From positions 47,221 to 111,220 of IMG/VR virus record IMGVR_UViG_3300047554_000255: a stretch of 64,000 nt of DNA; one strand, written 5' to 3'. This DNA is from a virus. Each line of letters starts with the position of its first letter. Position 1 is the stretch's first letter. Below the pieces are notes generated by a model. It was not told the origin of the DNA. It saw only the letters and a program-made list of their open reading frames with translations, and did no database searches. Made by a program: the position numbers and the translations under genes. This document shows, piece after piece, positions 29,194 through 39,128 of the stretch.

Positions 29194-30165
29194 TTATGAA
29201 CCAGGTGATGTATCCGATATAGGAAGAGTAATGCTCTTTGTTATACCTGGTGATGTTAATGTCAATAAAAAGTTTTCGACTCCTTCTGTTGTTACATCGT
29301 TTACGAATGTAAAGACCTTTGAAGCTGTACCATTATTAACTGTGAATGTTCCTGTTAATCCTGCAGAACCAACTGATAAGTCAGCAGACTGAATACCAGT
29401 CACCTCATAGTTAATGTTTGTTCCGTTAGATACGTTTGTTGTTGTTAATACAACAGTAATCGTTTGACCTTCAGCTCCTACGTTTGTTTGTGTACCGTAG
29501 ATATAAGCTTTAAGATCGTATGTTGGAGTTAGTGTACCGCCACCAACTGCACATCCTAATGTTACTTGCCAGCTATCTGTGATTGTTGCATGTCCAGCAT
29601 GCTCAACAACAAGATAAAAGAAGCGACCATCGCCTGATGCTTTCGGAAACGTTAATGTTCCTGAAATGTCTGTATTCAAAGAAGATCCCCAAGGACCAGC
29701 GTAATCTGCAACACCAACCCAGTTTGAGTTAGCAACTATATTATTATCTGAGTTATATACAGTAAATCTATTTGGTGTATCGTTTGCTATATAGTTTAAA
29801 GATATACTTGTTGATGATGAGTTGTCAACATCAATAAGTTCTTTTGGATAGATATAAAAGCTAGGAGATAACTTACTTCTAACAAGTATGTTTGAACACT
29901 TAGTTGATGATAGTGCAGGTACTGACCATAGTGTTGAAGAACTATAATCATTGTTACCACAACTGTTCTCTATAGTACCTTCAACTGCAACACACATTGG
30001 GATGTTTGGTAATACTACTGGTGAACTTGTATAGGTGCCAGCAATAATATAGTTTGCACTACCAACGTTTCTCCAACGTACTCTGTATCCGTTTGCAGGA
30101 GCAGGAGTAGATGGGTTAAAGTTAATCGTTATAGTTCTAGTAACAGGGCAAGCCATAATTAACAA
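29194..30165 (-). CDS. Virion surface protein with N-terminal Fn3-like and C-terminal Calx-beta/Ig-like domains
   Basis: Thr/Ser-rich. GYRVRWR...EGTIENSC N-terminal module and EGQTITVVLTT...DVTTEGVENFLLTL module. The real start is probably the downstream ATG (MACPV). Confidence 0.5.
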   Translation of the reverse strand: MLIMACPVTRTITINFNPSTPAPANGYRVRWRNVGSANYIIAGTYTSSPVVLPNIPMCVAVEGTIENSCGNNDYSSSTLWSVPALSSTKCSNILVRSKLSPSFYIYPKELIDVDNSSSTSISLNYIANDTPNRFTVYNSDNNIVANSNWVGVADYAGPWGSSLNTDISGTLTFPKASGDGRFFYLVVEHAGHATITDSWQVTLGCAVGGGTLTPTYDLKAYIYGTQTNVGAEGQTITVVLTTTNVSNGTNINYEVTGIQSADLSVGSAGLTGTFTVNNGTASKVFTFVNDVTTEGVENFLLTLTSPGITKSITLPISDTSPGS

Positions 30166-31151
30166 GTAGGAGTTGTAGGGCAGAATACTAAACCTGCAGT
30201 ATTACTAACTGCACAGTTAAAGGTAATATCTTCAGGAACACAGTTTGCTTGACCACAATCAACAACATCGTACTTAGTATAATCTAAGTATGCCGTTGCT
30301 TGTCCAGCTGGAATAGTAATCGTTTGAGTATATACAGGATCAACACCGCCCCAACACTGATTATACGTAAATCGTAGTACTACATCTGTTGATGATGTTC
30401 TGGTAGTGTTTATACCGTTTTGATCTTTTATAGTTGCACGTACTCTGTTTGTGATTCTATTATAACTTGTTGATGGATTAGTACCAGTACACTCCTGTTG
30501 ACTATCGTTTAACCATCCATCTTCTACAAGAATACATGTAGGTACAGGAGTTGGTTGACTACCGCCTGAGATAGATGTATCAACAATAGTACAAGAAACA
30601 CTTGCACTTAAACCATCAAGTGATAACGTAAAGGTTTCGTTACCTTCTGTTGTTAAGTCAGCAGCAATAGCAAAAGACTTAGTATCACTATGCCCTGTAT
30701 TCTCAATAACAAAGTTTCCAGCAAGTGGTGCAGATCCTGGACCTAAATCAGCAAGCTGTAAACCAGTTACTGTATAAGGTACTTGAGTATTGTATGCAAC
30801 ATTCTCTGTTACAAGTTTTACTAATATAACAGATCCTTCGTTTGCAGTAGTAATAGGATAACCATTACCATCTGTAATACTTAATGTATAACCTGGAGAA
30901 CCTGGCGTTGGAGGTGTTACTTGACTACCTGTTGTAAAATTAGTTTTTGCACCTGTTGTACCTGCACAATCAACTTGAATATAACCTTCGTATTGAGCTG
31001 TTGGATCAACACCAGTAATAACAGCTGGACTAGAAAAGATATTTGCAGGTAAGAAACTATAAGAAGAATCTGTAGTTTTCTTATAAGCTACCTTATATCC
31101 TAGCACTGGTACAGTACCGTTAATAATAAAGTTGACTGTTAATGTTGCCAT
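30159..31151 (-). CDS. Virion surface protein, paralog of 29194-30165 (Fn3-like, Calx-beta-like, Cys-rich tail)
   Basis: GYKVAYKK...YEGYIQVDC and EGSVILVKLVT...DLTTEGNETFTLSL modules. Confidence 0.5.
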   Translation of the reverse strand: MATLTVNFIINGTVPVLGYKVAYKKTTDSSYSFLPANIFSSPAVITGVDPTAQYEGYIQVDCAGTTGAKTNFTTGSQVTPPTPGSPGYTLSITDGNGYPITTANEGSVILVKLVTENVAYNTQVPYTVTGLQLADLGPGSAPLAGNFVIENTGHSDTKSFAIAADLTTEGNETFTLSLDGLSASVSCTIVDTSISGGSQPTPVPTCILVEDGWLNDSQQECTGTNPSTSYNRITNRVRATIKDQNGINTTRTSSTDVVLRFTYNQCWGGVDPVYTQTITIPAGQATAYLDYTKYDVVDCGQANCVPEDITFNCAVSNTAGLVFCPTTPTC

Positions 31152-31414
31152 TAGTAAGTATTACCAGCTGAGATTGAACTAAAAGGAGTTGGGTTTGTGT
31201 AAGTTGTTACACCATTCGTAACACAGATACCCTCAATTGTACCCTCGTATAAAACTGTATTATCGTTTATAGGGATTGTAATAACGTTTCCTGCACCAGT
31301 ATGGATGTATTCTGTGTAACCAGTTGTCCCTACTTTTCTATACCGTATACGTAAACCTCCTGAAAAGTTAGAAGGTGACGTAGTTAATGATATAGTTAAG
31401 AATCCGTTAGCCAT
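31151..31414 (-). CDS. Small single Fn3-like domain protein (87 aa)
   Basis: LRIRYRKVG...YEGTIEGIC, matching the N-termini of the two downstream genes. Confidence 0.5.
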   Translation of the reverse strand: MANGFLTISLTTSPSNFSGGLRIRYRKVGTTGYTEYIHTGAGNVITIPINDNTVLYEGTIEGICVTNGVTTYTNPTPFSSISAGNTY

Positions 31415-31416
31415 TA

Positions 31417-31935
31417 TTAAGCAGCTTTTGTTGTTACGCTAATAGTTACTGAAGAACAGTTAGTACCACCTGCACTAACACTAGCTACTTTAAAGTAATA
31501 AGTTGTAGCTGCGGTTAATCCAGTAATCTCTTTTGTTGATAATCCAGTAACGACTACATCAGTCCATGTAGAAGCTGATGATGTTTTGTATTGTAATGTT
31601 AAGCTAGTTGTATCAGCAGCTGTATTCCATGCAACAGTAATTGCACTAGCTGTAATAACAGTTGAGCGTAACTTAGTTACACACTTTAATGTTGGGCTAA
31701 TACACTCTGGAGCAGTAATACCAACAATAAGCTTTTGCAAGATCTCATCTAAACGTTCTCCGTTTGTAATCTTTGCTTCTAAGATATTATCTCCTGAGTA
31801 TTTAACACAACCAAGTAATGCTAACTCTTCGCATGGTTCTCCATCAACACAAGCAGTTGTTATTGCTGGTACTGGAGGACAACCTGCACATGGGTTGCAA
31901 TTAGATAAAGGCAAAGATGAATCGCTGCAGCTCAT
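31417..31935 (-). CDS. Cys-rich protein with C-terminal fibronectin type III domain
   Basis: ITVAWN...LQYK...ITGLTAATTYYFKVAS is an Fn3 signature. N-terminus is Cys-rich. Confidence 0.65.
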   Translation of the reverse strand: MSCSDSSLPLSNCNPCAGCPPVPAITTACVDGEPCEELALLGCVKYSGDNILEAKITNGERLDEILQKLIVGITAPECISPTLKCVTKLRSTVITASAITVAWNTAADTTSLTLQYKTSSASTWTDVVVTGLSTKEITGLTAATTYYFKVASVSAGGTNCSSVTISVTTKAA

Positions 31936-31947
31936 AGTTTAGTGGTA

Positions 31948-33453
31948 TTAAGATACTGTTGGTGTTCCTGCAATCGTTGGAGGTAATCCGCAAGTTGTAG
32001 AACCAGTGTCAGTGTTTAAAGTAGTATATGGAGCAGATGGACAAACTACAGGAGCTAGGCTACCAATAGTTGTTGTTGCTCTAACTTTGTATGCAGTTCC
32101 TTGTAACAAGTTAGTGAATACGTCAGATACAATTGCTTGTGGGTTAGTAAAGGTCTTTGTTGAAAGAACAACATCACCACTTGATAATAATTCGATCTTG
32201 TATACTGCGTTGTCGTTAATAGGAGGAGCAAACGAGAATGCCATTGTTGTTGCTCCTGGAACTACAGTTAATGTAGGGCAAGAGTTTGTAGCACTATCAG
32301 ATCCTTTTGTAATAGTCTTGTTACACTGAACACCAGAGTTTGTCAATGATGAAGCAAGTGTAAACGTTAACTTAGTAGCTAAGTTCAACGGTGTTCCAGA
32401 TAACTGAATCACAAGTGGGTTAGCAGAGTTAACAACACCAATAACGTCAACGTAGATTGGGTGTGAGTTACCAAGAGCATCTGTAATAGTTAACTTAGAT
32501 CCTTTTGAATCTGTGTTAGTCCATCCAGTAGGTACAGAGCTGTAACCACTAAAGAACAAGTTAACCGCAGTACCATTGTTAATCATTGCAGGAGCAAAGT
32601 CAACAATAACGTTTGCACAATCTGGCTTGATCAAGTCTTTTATGTTATTGAATGCTGTACGTAAATCAATAAGAGTAACCCATAAGTTAGAGATAGTATC
32701 TGCAACTGTACTAACTGTTGGTTTCCAACCAGTTAAAGCAGACATAGTACCTGTAACAGATAATGCAGGAGAAGTACTTAATGAACTTGGTTGTAATCCA
32801 GCAGCAGCTGTTATCGCTGAGTTAGTACCTAATGCTGTACGAATACCACAAACCTGAGCTTGTAGATTTAATAAAGCATCGCTAATAGATTGTGTAGTAG
32901 TTGTACCACCACAAGTTAAAGTAACTTGACCCTCTGTAGCTGAGTTTCCTAATACTGCTTGTTCTAATACAGTAATACGATTACCGTAAGAACTAAGAGT
33001 TGAAGTATGTGCACTAACAGTACCATCAATAGTACAAACCTTAAGCCCAATAAGACGTGTATATTCAGTATGCTGTTTTGTTGTTATTGGATCTCCATTA
33101 CTATCTGTTGTTCTGAAACATTGTGCAATAGTAATAAGAGGATCTTCAACAGTTGGTCCAGCACCAATATCATTAATAAGATCTTCTAAGGTACACGTTT
33201 TTGTAATCAAAAGAGTTAAGATGTTCTCGATTGATTTATCTGTAACGTTAACGCTTGTTAAACAAGACAAGTCAACGTCTAAGTTTTGATTACCTGAGTT
33301 ACAGATAAAATCTGCAAGCTTGTATATAACAGATGATACAGTGTCTCCTGTGCATAAACTTAAACATGGTAAGGCAGGACCTTGCCAAATAACGCAGTTT
33401 GATGATACTGGAGAGCACCCTTGATCTGCTGTATTAGAACGTGTGGGTAGCAT
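31948..33453 (-). CDS. Cys-rich structural protein with coiled-coil segments and C-terminal Fn3-like domain
   Basis: 501 aa. N-terminal SSNCVIWQGPALPCL motif; FTNLLQGTAYKVRA is Fn3-like. Confidence 0.55.
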   Translation of the reverse strand: MLPTRSNTADQGCSPVSSNCVIWQGPALPCLSLCTGDTVSSVIYKLADFICNSGNQNLDVDLSCLTSVNVTDKSIENILTLLITKTCTLEDLINDIGAGPTVEDPLITIAQCFRTTDSNGDPITTKQHTEYTRLIGLKVCTIDGTVSAHTSTLSSYGNRITVLEQAVLGNSATEGQVTLTCGGTTTTQSISDALLNLQAQVCGIRTALGTNSAITAAAGLQPSSLSTSPALSVTGTMSALTGWKPTVSTVADTISNLWVTLIDLRTAFNNIKDLIKPDCANVIVDFAPAMINNGTAVNLFFSGYSSVPTGWTNTDSKGSKLTITDALGNSHPIYVDVIGVVNSANPLVIQLSGTPLNLATKLTFTLASSLTNSGVQCNKTITKGSDSATNSCPTLTVVPGATTMAFSFAPPINDNAVYKIELLSSGDVVLSTKTFTNPQAIVSDVFTNLLQGTAYKVRATTTIGSLAPVVCPSAPYTTLNTDTGSTTCGLPPTIAGTPTVS

Positions 33454-33485
33454 AGGGCTTAATATTAGTGTCTGGATTACTTCAG

Positions 33486-33502
33486 TCTACATTATAATAT
33501 AC
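33486..33502 (-). promoter_or_regulatory. Conserved late-promoter-like motif copy
   Basis: GTATATTATAATGTAGA, just downstream of a terminator and upstream of the 501-aa gene. Confidence 0.6.
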
Positions 33503-33525
33503 TTAAATCTGAGGTACTTTACAAA

Positions 33526-33563
33526 TAAAAACAAAGAAGCCATGAATAATATACTCATGGCTT
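33526..33563 (-). terminator. Intrinsic terminator downstream of the 171-aa gene
   Basis: Perfect 9-bp inverted repeat AAGCCATGA/TCATGGCTT (33537-33563), followed on the minus strand by CTTTGTTTTT. Confidence 0.6.
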
Positions 33564-33597
33564 ACTTATACTATATGAGGAATAATAAGGGTTAGAA

Positions 33598-34113
33598 TTA
33601 CTCAACTGATGCAGTTGGCTTTTCCTCTTTTTTTGTCTTCAAGAGTTTGAAGAGCACGGGGTAGGACTCGTCTGTTTTAAAATCAAACGCGGCAATCGTA
33701 AATGGATAGTGAGAAACATCTTTTGTTTCACTGAATAACTTATTCATCTCTTCGTTGAACTCAACAAACTTAGGGTTGAACTGCTTTAACTCTTTACCGT
33801 CTTCTCCTAACTTTGGTTGACCTTCCTCGTCAAGAACTGGAATAGTCATTGGTAAGTTGTATCCACCTTTATCATCAGCTTCACCAAGCTTCGTGATTAA
33901 CTCCTCACGTAACTTATCAACTGTCTTTTTGTGAGCAGCGATGGTGTCTGATAAATCAGTTAACCAGTAACGGTGAACCATTGATAAAGGATGACCAAGA
34001 ACTCCTTTTGTAACTTTCTCACCAGTCTGTTGATCGACTTGTCCGTTGATCTCTGACTCAAGTAAGTAAATCTCCCCAATGCTTAGGGTAGTAACTAGAT
34101 TGTTTTTTGACAT
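33598..34113 (-). CDS. Hypothetical helical protein (171 aa), possibly a fibre-assembly chaperone
   Basis: ORF track. Has its own upstream promoter-like motif and downstream terminator. Function is inferred only from position. Confidence 0.5.
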   Translation of the reverse strand: MSKNNLVTTLSIGEIYLLESEINGQVDQQTGEKVTKGVLGHPLSMVHRYWLTDLSDTIAAHKKTVDKLREELITKLGEADDKGGYNLPMTIPVLDEEGQPKLGEDGKELKQFNPKFVEFNEEMNKLFSETKDVSHYPFTIAAFDFKTDESYPVLFKLLKTKKEEKPTASVE

Positions 34114-34142
34114 GATGGTTGTATTTGGTTTGTAAATATATA

Positions 34143-34158
34143 CTACATTATAATATAC
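34143..34158 (-). promoter_or_regulatory. Conserved late-promoter-like motif copy
   Basis: GTATATTATAATGTAG, identical over 16 nt to the copy at 33487-33502. Confidence 0.6.
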
Positions 34159-34173
34159 CTATAATCTGGCAGA

Positions 34174-36471
34174 CTAGCAAGGCCCCAGCTCATTAGGTGT
34201 TGAGTAACTGTATGATACGCTTGTTCCTTCTTTGAAACAGATTGTCAAGAATGAACCATCTGATATAGCATCTGATTGTAAATGGTTGCTGCAATCAGTC
34301 CACTCAATGTAATCAGTTAAGCCAAATCCGTTATAGTTATCCATTCTCCATGAGATACAAGCAGGTGGAGGAGTGTAGCAGCCATTGCTTACTGAGTTGT
34401 ATTCAATAACTCTAACACCACAACTTGTTGAAGAACAAGGATTTTGTTGAGCTTGGTTAATAACCCAGTTAGGACCTTGACAGTATGCATTACCAGTATC
34501 CTGACAGTTAGATGTATAGTTACAAGAAACACCTGTTGGTTGACCACCCACATAAACTTTATTCCCTGCTTGATTCTCAACATAGTATTGACCATTTGTT
34601 GATGAGCAACTGTTTGTGTCTTTATAAACAGGAGCGTTATAGCATTCGTAACAGCTTGTATAATTCTGATAAGTAAATATTGGTGCAGTGTTTCCAGCAC
34701 ATGGATCATAACATCCGTTTGCAACAGAGTTATACTCAATAACACGAACACCACAACCAGCAGAAGAACAAGGGTTAGCTTGATACTGATTGATAACCCA
34801 GTTTGATCCTTGGCAATAAGCTGATCCTGTATCTTGACAGTTAGATGTTGTTGATGGATATGGATTAGATGGATTATTCATTAACCATGTACCATTCAAT
34901 AAATAGATATATGGTCCACCATAACAAGTGTTACTATTCTGGTATACTGGTGTTTGATTAACAGTACCATTACTACAAGTATGATATGTACCTATTTGAT
35001 CTCCTTGTGTCTGTAAAGTTGATTGTCCACAACATCCACCACAATCTGCTGAGTTATATTGATAAACAGCTCCCTGTCTTGTTTGTCCGTTTGTTGATGA
35101 ACAAGGACCAGCTATATCTGTCTGAACATAATACTTGTCACATGTACCATAGCAATCATACGTGCCATTATTCTGCCAATTAGGAACATCGTCACAACAG
35201 TTATAAGAGGTTGTGCGTTGGATTGATCCATTATAAGCTGGAGGAACTGTACACTGAGTTGTTGTACCACCAACATATGTATAGACAGCACCATTTGATG
35301 GTAACACATATCTATTATTTATACCAAGAGGTACAATAGTTGTAAACGCATAATCAGAAGGACTACAACCGATTAACTCATAATACGTTACTGATGGTAT
35401 TGTAGTATAAGAACTTGTGTTTGTTGTACTTGCTGTAAACGTACCGCTAGTAATTGCTGCAGATACAGTATGATCAGCTGTACCAGAAGTAGCGTAGAAG
35501 AATAACGTATAGTTAAAACCAGAACTAATAGGCTTCTTTAATGTGACACTAATATTACCACCACTTTGATTTTGTTGATATGTATCTAAAGTATAATAGT
35601 CACTGGTAGGTGCTGGGCATAGTTGATCGTCATAAAGTATTTTTTCAAACGCATCTAGGTATAAACCAGCTGGTAAATCAACAGTTAAGGTGCCACCAAT
35701 AACTTTGCAACCAGTATTTGTAACATTAACTATATAACGTTTTACTGTAGTACAACCAGCAATCGCTTCTTGATCTGTTGTAATACTAATACCAAGAGTT
35801 GTTGGACTTATAGTAAATGTTTTTGCTGCTTCAACAGTAACTAAACCATCACAGCCTAAACCAGAAAAACTAGCTGTATTTGTATAAGTTGCTCCACCAC
35901 CTGTTACTCTTGCATTAAACGCTACAGTATATGTATGACCATTACCAATAGGTTTTGCAAATGCAATATCAATATGAGCAGAGTCTAATGCTACAACTAC
36001 ATAGTAATCAGATGTTGGTAAGGGCCAATCATTAGCACCAGGACCAATAGCTTTACCATCATAGTAGACATATCTAAATGATGTAATCTCAATACCAGCA
36101 GGAACGTAGTTAAGAAATCTTGGTGAACCACCAGACTTTTGTGTTGCAGCTCCAGCACCAATCTGAAACTTATAAACAAACTCATCAGTACAATCTGGTG
36201 TTATTACTTCACCGTTTATAGGAGACACAATAGTCTGTGTCATTGTAGGAACAAACTCATCACAAGCAATAGCAACTAGATCTTGAAATCTAGGGCATCT
36301 ATTATCTGTATAAGTAGAAAAGGGACTAACTGTTGTATCAACTGTATAGTAAGTATTAACCTCTCCCTTTGTAACACACTTGTTATTTATAGGAGGATTA
36401 GTACCTGCTTTTACAGGAAAACCCATTGTGCTGAGTTCTTCGAATGTTACAAGAGCATCATTAACCTTCAT
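34174..36471 (-). CDS. Very Cys-rich virion-associated protein (765 aa) with Ig/DUF11-like domains and a duplicated 45-aa Cys repeat
   Basis: ORF track. Two beta-rich domains followed by a Cys/Asn/Tyr-rich C-terminal half. Confidence 0.55.
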   Translation of the reverse strand: MKVNDALVTFEELSTMGFPVKAGTNPPINNKCVTKGEVNTYYTVDTTVSPFSTYTDNRCPRFQDLVAIACDEFVPTMTQTIVSPINGEVITPDCTDEFVYKFQIGAGAATQKSGGSPRFLNYVPAGIEITSFRYVYYDGKAIGPGANDWPLPTSDYYVVVALDSAHIDIAFAKPIGNGHTYTVAFNARVTGGGATYTNTASFSGLGCDGLVTVEAAKTFTISPTTLGISITTDQEAIAGCTTVKRYIVNVTNTGCKVIGGTLTVDLPAGLYLDAFEKILYDDQLCPAPTSDYYTLDTYQQNQSGGNISVTLKKPISSGFNYTLFFYATSGTADHTVSAAITSGTFTASTTNTSSYTTIPSVTYYELIGCSPSDYAFTTIVPLGINNRYVLPSNGAVYTYVGGTTTQCTVPPAYNGSIQRTTSYNCCDDVPNWQNNGTYDCYGTCDKYYVQTDIAGPCSSTNGQTRQGAVYQYNSADCGGCCGQSTLQTQGDQIGTYHTCSNGTVNQTPVYQNSNTCYGGPYIYLLNGTWLMNNPSNPYPSTTSNCQDTGSAYCQGSNWVINQYQANPCSSAGCGVRVIEYNSVANGCYDPCAGNTAPIFTYQNYTSCYECYNAPVYKDTNSCSSTNGQYYVENQAGNKVYVGGQPTGVSCNYTSNCQDTGNAYCQGPNWVINQAQQNPCSSTSCGVRVIEYNSVSNGCYTPPPACISWRMDNYNGFGLTDYIEWTDCSNHLQSDAISDGSFLTICFKEGTSVSYSYSTPNELGPC
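34375..34842 (-). repeat. Two 135-nt (45-aa) internal repeats, at 34708-34842 and 34375-34509
   Basis: NCQDTGSAYCQGSNWVINQYQANPCSSAGCGVRVIEYNSVANGCY versus NCQDTGNAYCQGPNWVINQAQQNPCSSTSCGVRVIEYNSVSNGCY. Confidence 0.9.
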
Positions 36472-36474
36472 GTA

Positions 36475-38232
36475 TTACTTAAGCTTTTCTTGTAGTTCCT
36501 GAACTGCTTTTAAAAGTATTGCAATAGTTGATGGGATATCCATCGTGTCGTGATTAACTGTTGCCAGTTCTGCTGGAGTATCATCTGCTATAAATCCTAT
36601 ATGTTTTACTGTAGGATCAGCTTTATACGCAAAGTTTACAATCTTAGTCTTGTTGATAATATCTAAGGCAGATGATGTAAAGTCAGTGATATCAGTCTTC
36701 TTTGCTCTTGATGATGTTTGGTAGAATGCTCCTGCATATAAGTTGTTACCACTAACATAGATATTAGGGTTTGTAAATGCAGCTGTTTCTGTACCGTTTG
36801 ATATAACAAGAGCATTATTGGTTGCTGGAAAAATAGCATCAAAACCAGTACCAGCAGGTCCTGTATCACCAGTATCCCCTTTGTCACCCTTATCACCTTT
36901 AATACCTTGTGGTATTGTAAAGTCAAATATTGCAGCTGCATTTGTACCACTGTTTGTTATTGCAGCAGCACTTCCAGCGGCACCTGTGGTAACAGTTCCT
37001 AAACTAATAGTAGCAGCTGTTCCTGTATCACCTTTAGCTCCTTTTGGAATAGTAAAGTTGAATATAGCTGCAGCTGTTGTACCAGAGTTTGTAATAGCAA
37101 CATCTGTACCAGCATCCCCAGTTGTTACAGTACCAAGAGCAATAGTTGCAGCAGCACCATTATTACCCGTGTCACCTTTATCACCTTTTGCTCCAGTATC
37201 ACCTTTAACGCCTGCAATACCTTGATCTCCTTTATCTCCCTTAACACCTTGAATACCCTGTGGTCCTTGCGGTCCAACAATGTTACCAACGTTTTCCCAT
37301 GCACCAGCAGATGCACTCCATACATATAAGTCACCATTAGGACTTGTAACAATATATGCATCACCTTGTGTGTTACCAGATGCAGGTAAAGAAGCAACGT
37401 CTGCAACAGTACCAAGTAAAGTTAATCCTGTACCTGATGCACCGACGGGACCAGGTATACCTTGAACACCTTGTGCACCATCATTACCTTTATCCCCTTG
37501 AGGACCTCTTGGACCCGCAGGTCCTTGTATACCTGTTTCTCCCTTATCACCCTTGTCTCCTTTTGGTCCTTGTAAACCAGTAGCTCCTTGTGGTCCAACA
37601 GGCCCAACAGGACCTTGTGGCCCCATAGCACCTTCTGCACCAGAACATCCTGGAATACCTTGTAATCCTTGAGGACCAGTAGCACCAGTTGCACCTGTAT
37701 TACCACGGTCTCCTTTGTCTCCTTTAAGTCCTTGTGGACCTTGAGGACCAACAGGACCTGGAACTGTACTAGCTGCACCAGTATCACCTTTTGGACCAGT
37801 AGGACCTGTTAATCCAATAGGACCTTGTGGACCAGTTAAACCTGTATCTCCCTTTAATCCTTGCGGACCAGCTGGACCAGTATTACCTGCGGGACCTTGA
37901 CCACCGACAATTGTACCCTTTACTACCCATGAGTCACTTTCTTTTCTATAGAAAGTACCTGACGTAGTAATAAGGTACATGTCGTTGTTCAAACCAAATG
38001 AGTCTAGTGGAGCCGTTGTGCCTGTATACCACTTACTTCCTGTACCAACATTGTATGTTGACAATATATCTCTAACCCAAGCTGTTGTAGGAACAGTATT
38101 TGAGTCATCAAGTACAGATGGAGTATGGGCTTTTATAAACTTTGTAACAGTAAGGTTACCTGGTAATACTATATCACCATTGCAATCTTTCTTTATAAAG
38201 TCTTTTAGGTTTAACGGCTTATTCATTATCAA
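36475..38232 (-). CDS. Collagen-like fibre protein with C-terminal peptidase S74-type intramolecular chaperone
   Basis: Long G-X-Y runs (GPQ/GDKGD). C-terminal [11 protein letters not shown]...HIGFIAD...LLKAVQEL. The true start is probably the ATG at 38226. Confidence 0.8.
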   Translation of the reverse strand: MIMNKPLNLKDFIKKDCNGDIVLPGNLTVTKFIKAHTPSVLDDSNTVPTTAWVRDILSTYNVGTGSKWYTGTTAPLDSFGLNNDMYLITTSGTFYRKESDSWVVKGTIVGGQGPAGNTGPAGPQGLKGDTGLTGPQGPIGLTGPTGPKGDTGAASTVPGPVGPQGPQGLKGDKGDRGNTGATGATGPQGLQGIPGCSGAEGAMGPQGPVGPVGPQGATGLQGPKGDKGDKGETGIQGPAGPRGPQGDKGNDGAQGVQGIPGPVGASGTGLTLLGTVADVASLPASGNTQGDAYIVTSPNGDLYVWSASAGAWENVGNIVGPQGPQGIQGVKGDKGDQGIAGVKGDTGAKGDKGDTGNNGAAATIALGTVTTGDAGTDVAITNSGTTAAAIFNFTIPKGAKGDTGTAATISLGTVTTGAAGSAAAITNSGTNAAAIFDFTIPQGIKGDKGDKGDTGDTGPAGTGFDAIFPATNNALVISNGTETAAFTNPNIYVSGNNLYAGAFYQTSSRAKKTDITDFTSSALDIINKTKIVNFAYKADPTVKHIGFIADDTPAELATVNHDTMDIPSTIAILLKAVQELQEKLK

Positions 38233-38260
38233 CTAGGGTATACTATAAGATACTTATTTA

Positions 38261-38692
38261 TTAGCAGTCAACTACGTTCTCTGCTCCAAATAAACCAACT
38301 AACTTAGCTTTTAAGTGTGAGTATCCAAATGCAAAGATATCAACACCTTCCGCAGAAGATAAGTCTGGTACTGAAACTGTAATGGTTTCAACACGGTCAG
38401 GTAGTTGATTACCATCAGCATCTAAACCTACTGTTGGATAACTCATTGTACGCTCTTCTTGCTTAGTAAGTTGAACGTAGATTGTATCACCAATCTGCTG
38501 GTTACGAGCTTGTGATCCAGCCAATGTAGGCATGTTTGGTGTTGATGGAGTTGCATCTGCTTCTGATTGAAAGATCTCAATGTGGAATGATGCCGAACCA
38601 TACTTGTTTAACTGATAGTTAGCAATACGTACATACGCTTCTGCTGTAATACCTTTGTCTGTCCCAATCTGGGTAGTAATCTTTAATGCCAT
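38261..38692 (-). CDS. Fibre-associated small protein (paralog A), possible fibre assembly protein
   Basis: N-terminus MALKITTQIGTDKGITAEAYVRI; paralog of the adjacent gene. Confidence 0.5.
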   Translation of the reverse strand: MALKITTQIGTDKGITAEAYVRIANYQLNKYGSASFHIEIFQSEADATPSTPNMPTLAGSQARNQQIGDTIYVQLTKQEERTMSYPTVGLDADGNQLPDRVETITVSVPDLSSAEGVDIFAFGYSHLKAKLVGLFGAENVVDC

Positions 38693-38704
38693 AATATATT
38701 TTGT

Positions 38705-39124
38705 TTAAACTGTTTCAATGTTTTCTTCTCCGTATAATGATGCTAGTTTTTCACCTAGCTTTTCGTATCCTACTTCAAAGATAGTCTTTGTTTCAAATAC
38801 TGACAAGTCAGATACTTTCTTATAGAAGGTTTCTTCCATCTCTGTATCAACTCCATCAACTTGTTTAGTGATAGTCTTTGTATAAGCAATACGATTGGTC
38901 ATCTTTAGATCTAATGATATACCAATCTCTTTTGACTGTAGTTTGTTAGGATGAATAGTAGGAATATACGCTGTATCGTAGGTAGTTGCATCTTTATCTT
39001 TAAAGATATCAATAATGAATACTATATCTCCGTTTTTGTTAATATTGTATCCGCCAATACGAACGTAAGCTCCTGTAATAATCCCAGCATCAGTGCCTAT
39101 GGGAGTGTTAATCTTAAATGCCAT
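38705..39124 (-). CDS. Fibre-associated small protein (paralog B)
   Basis: N-terminus MAFKINTPIGTDAGIITGAYVRI; directly follows the 1223-aa fibre gene. Confidence 0.5.
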   Translation of the reverse strand: MAFKINTPIGTDAGIITGAYVRIGGYNINKNGDIVFIIDIFKDKDATTYDTAYIPTIHPNKLQSKEIGISLDLKMTNRIAYTKTITKQVDGVDTEMEETFYKKVSDLSVFETKTIFEVGYEKLGEKLASLYGEENIETV

Positions 39125-39128
39125 ATGT

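Noticed and set aside
34375-34842. Possible diversity-generating retroelement TR/VR pair (also considered for the fibre repeat at 42291/46288)
   Set aside because: Both copies are in-frame coding sequence. Differences are mostly synonymous and not adenine-specific, and there is no reverse transcriptase in the window.
36850-37900. Repetitive GGACC/CCTTG DNA as a possible CRISPR array or tandem repeat element
   Set aside because: The periodicity is explained by collagen G-X-Y codons; there is no repeat-spacer structure.
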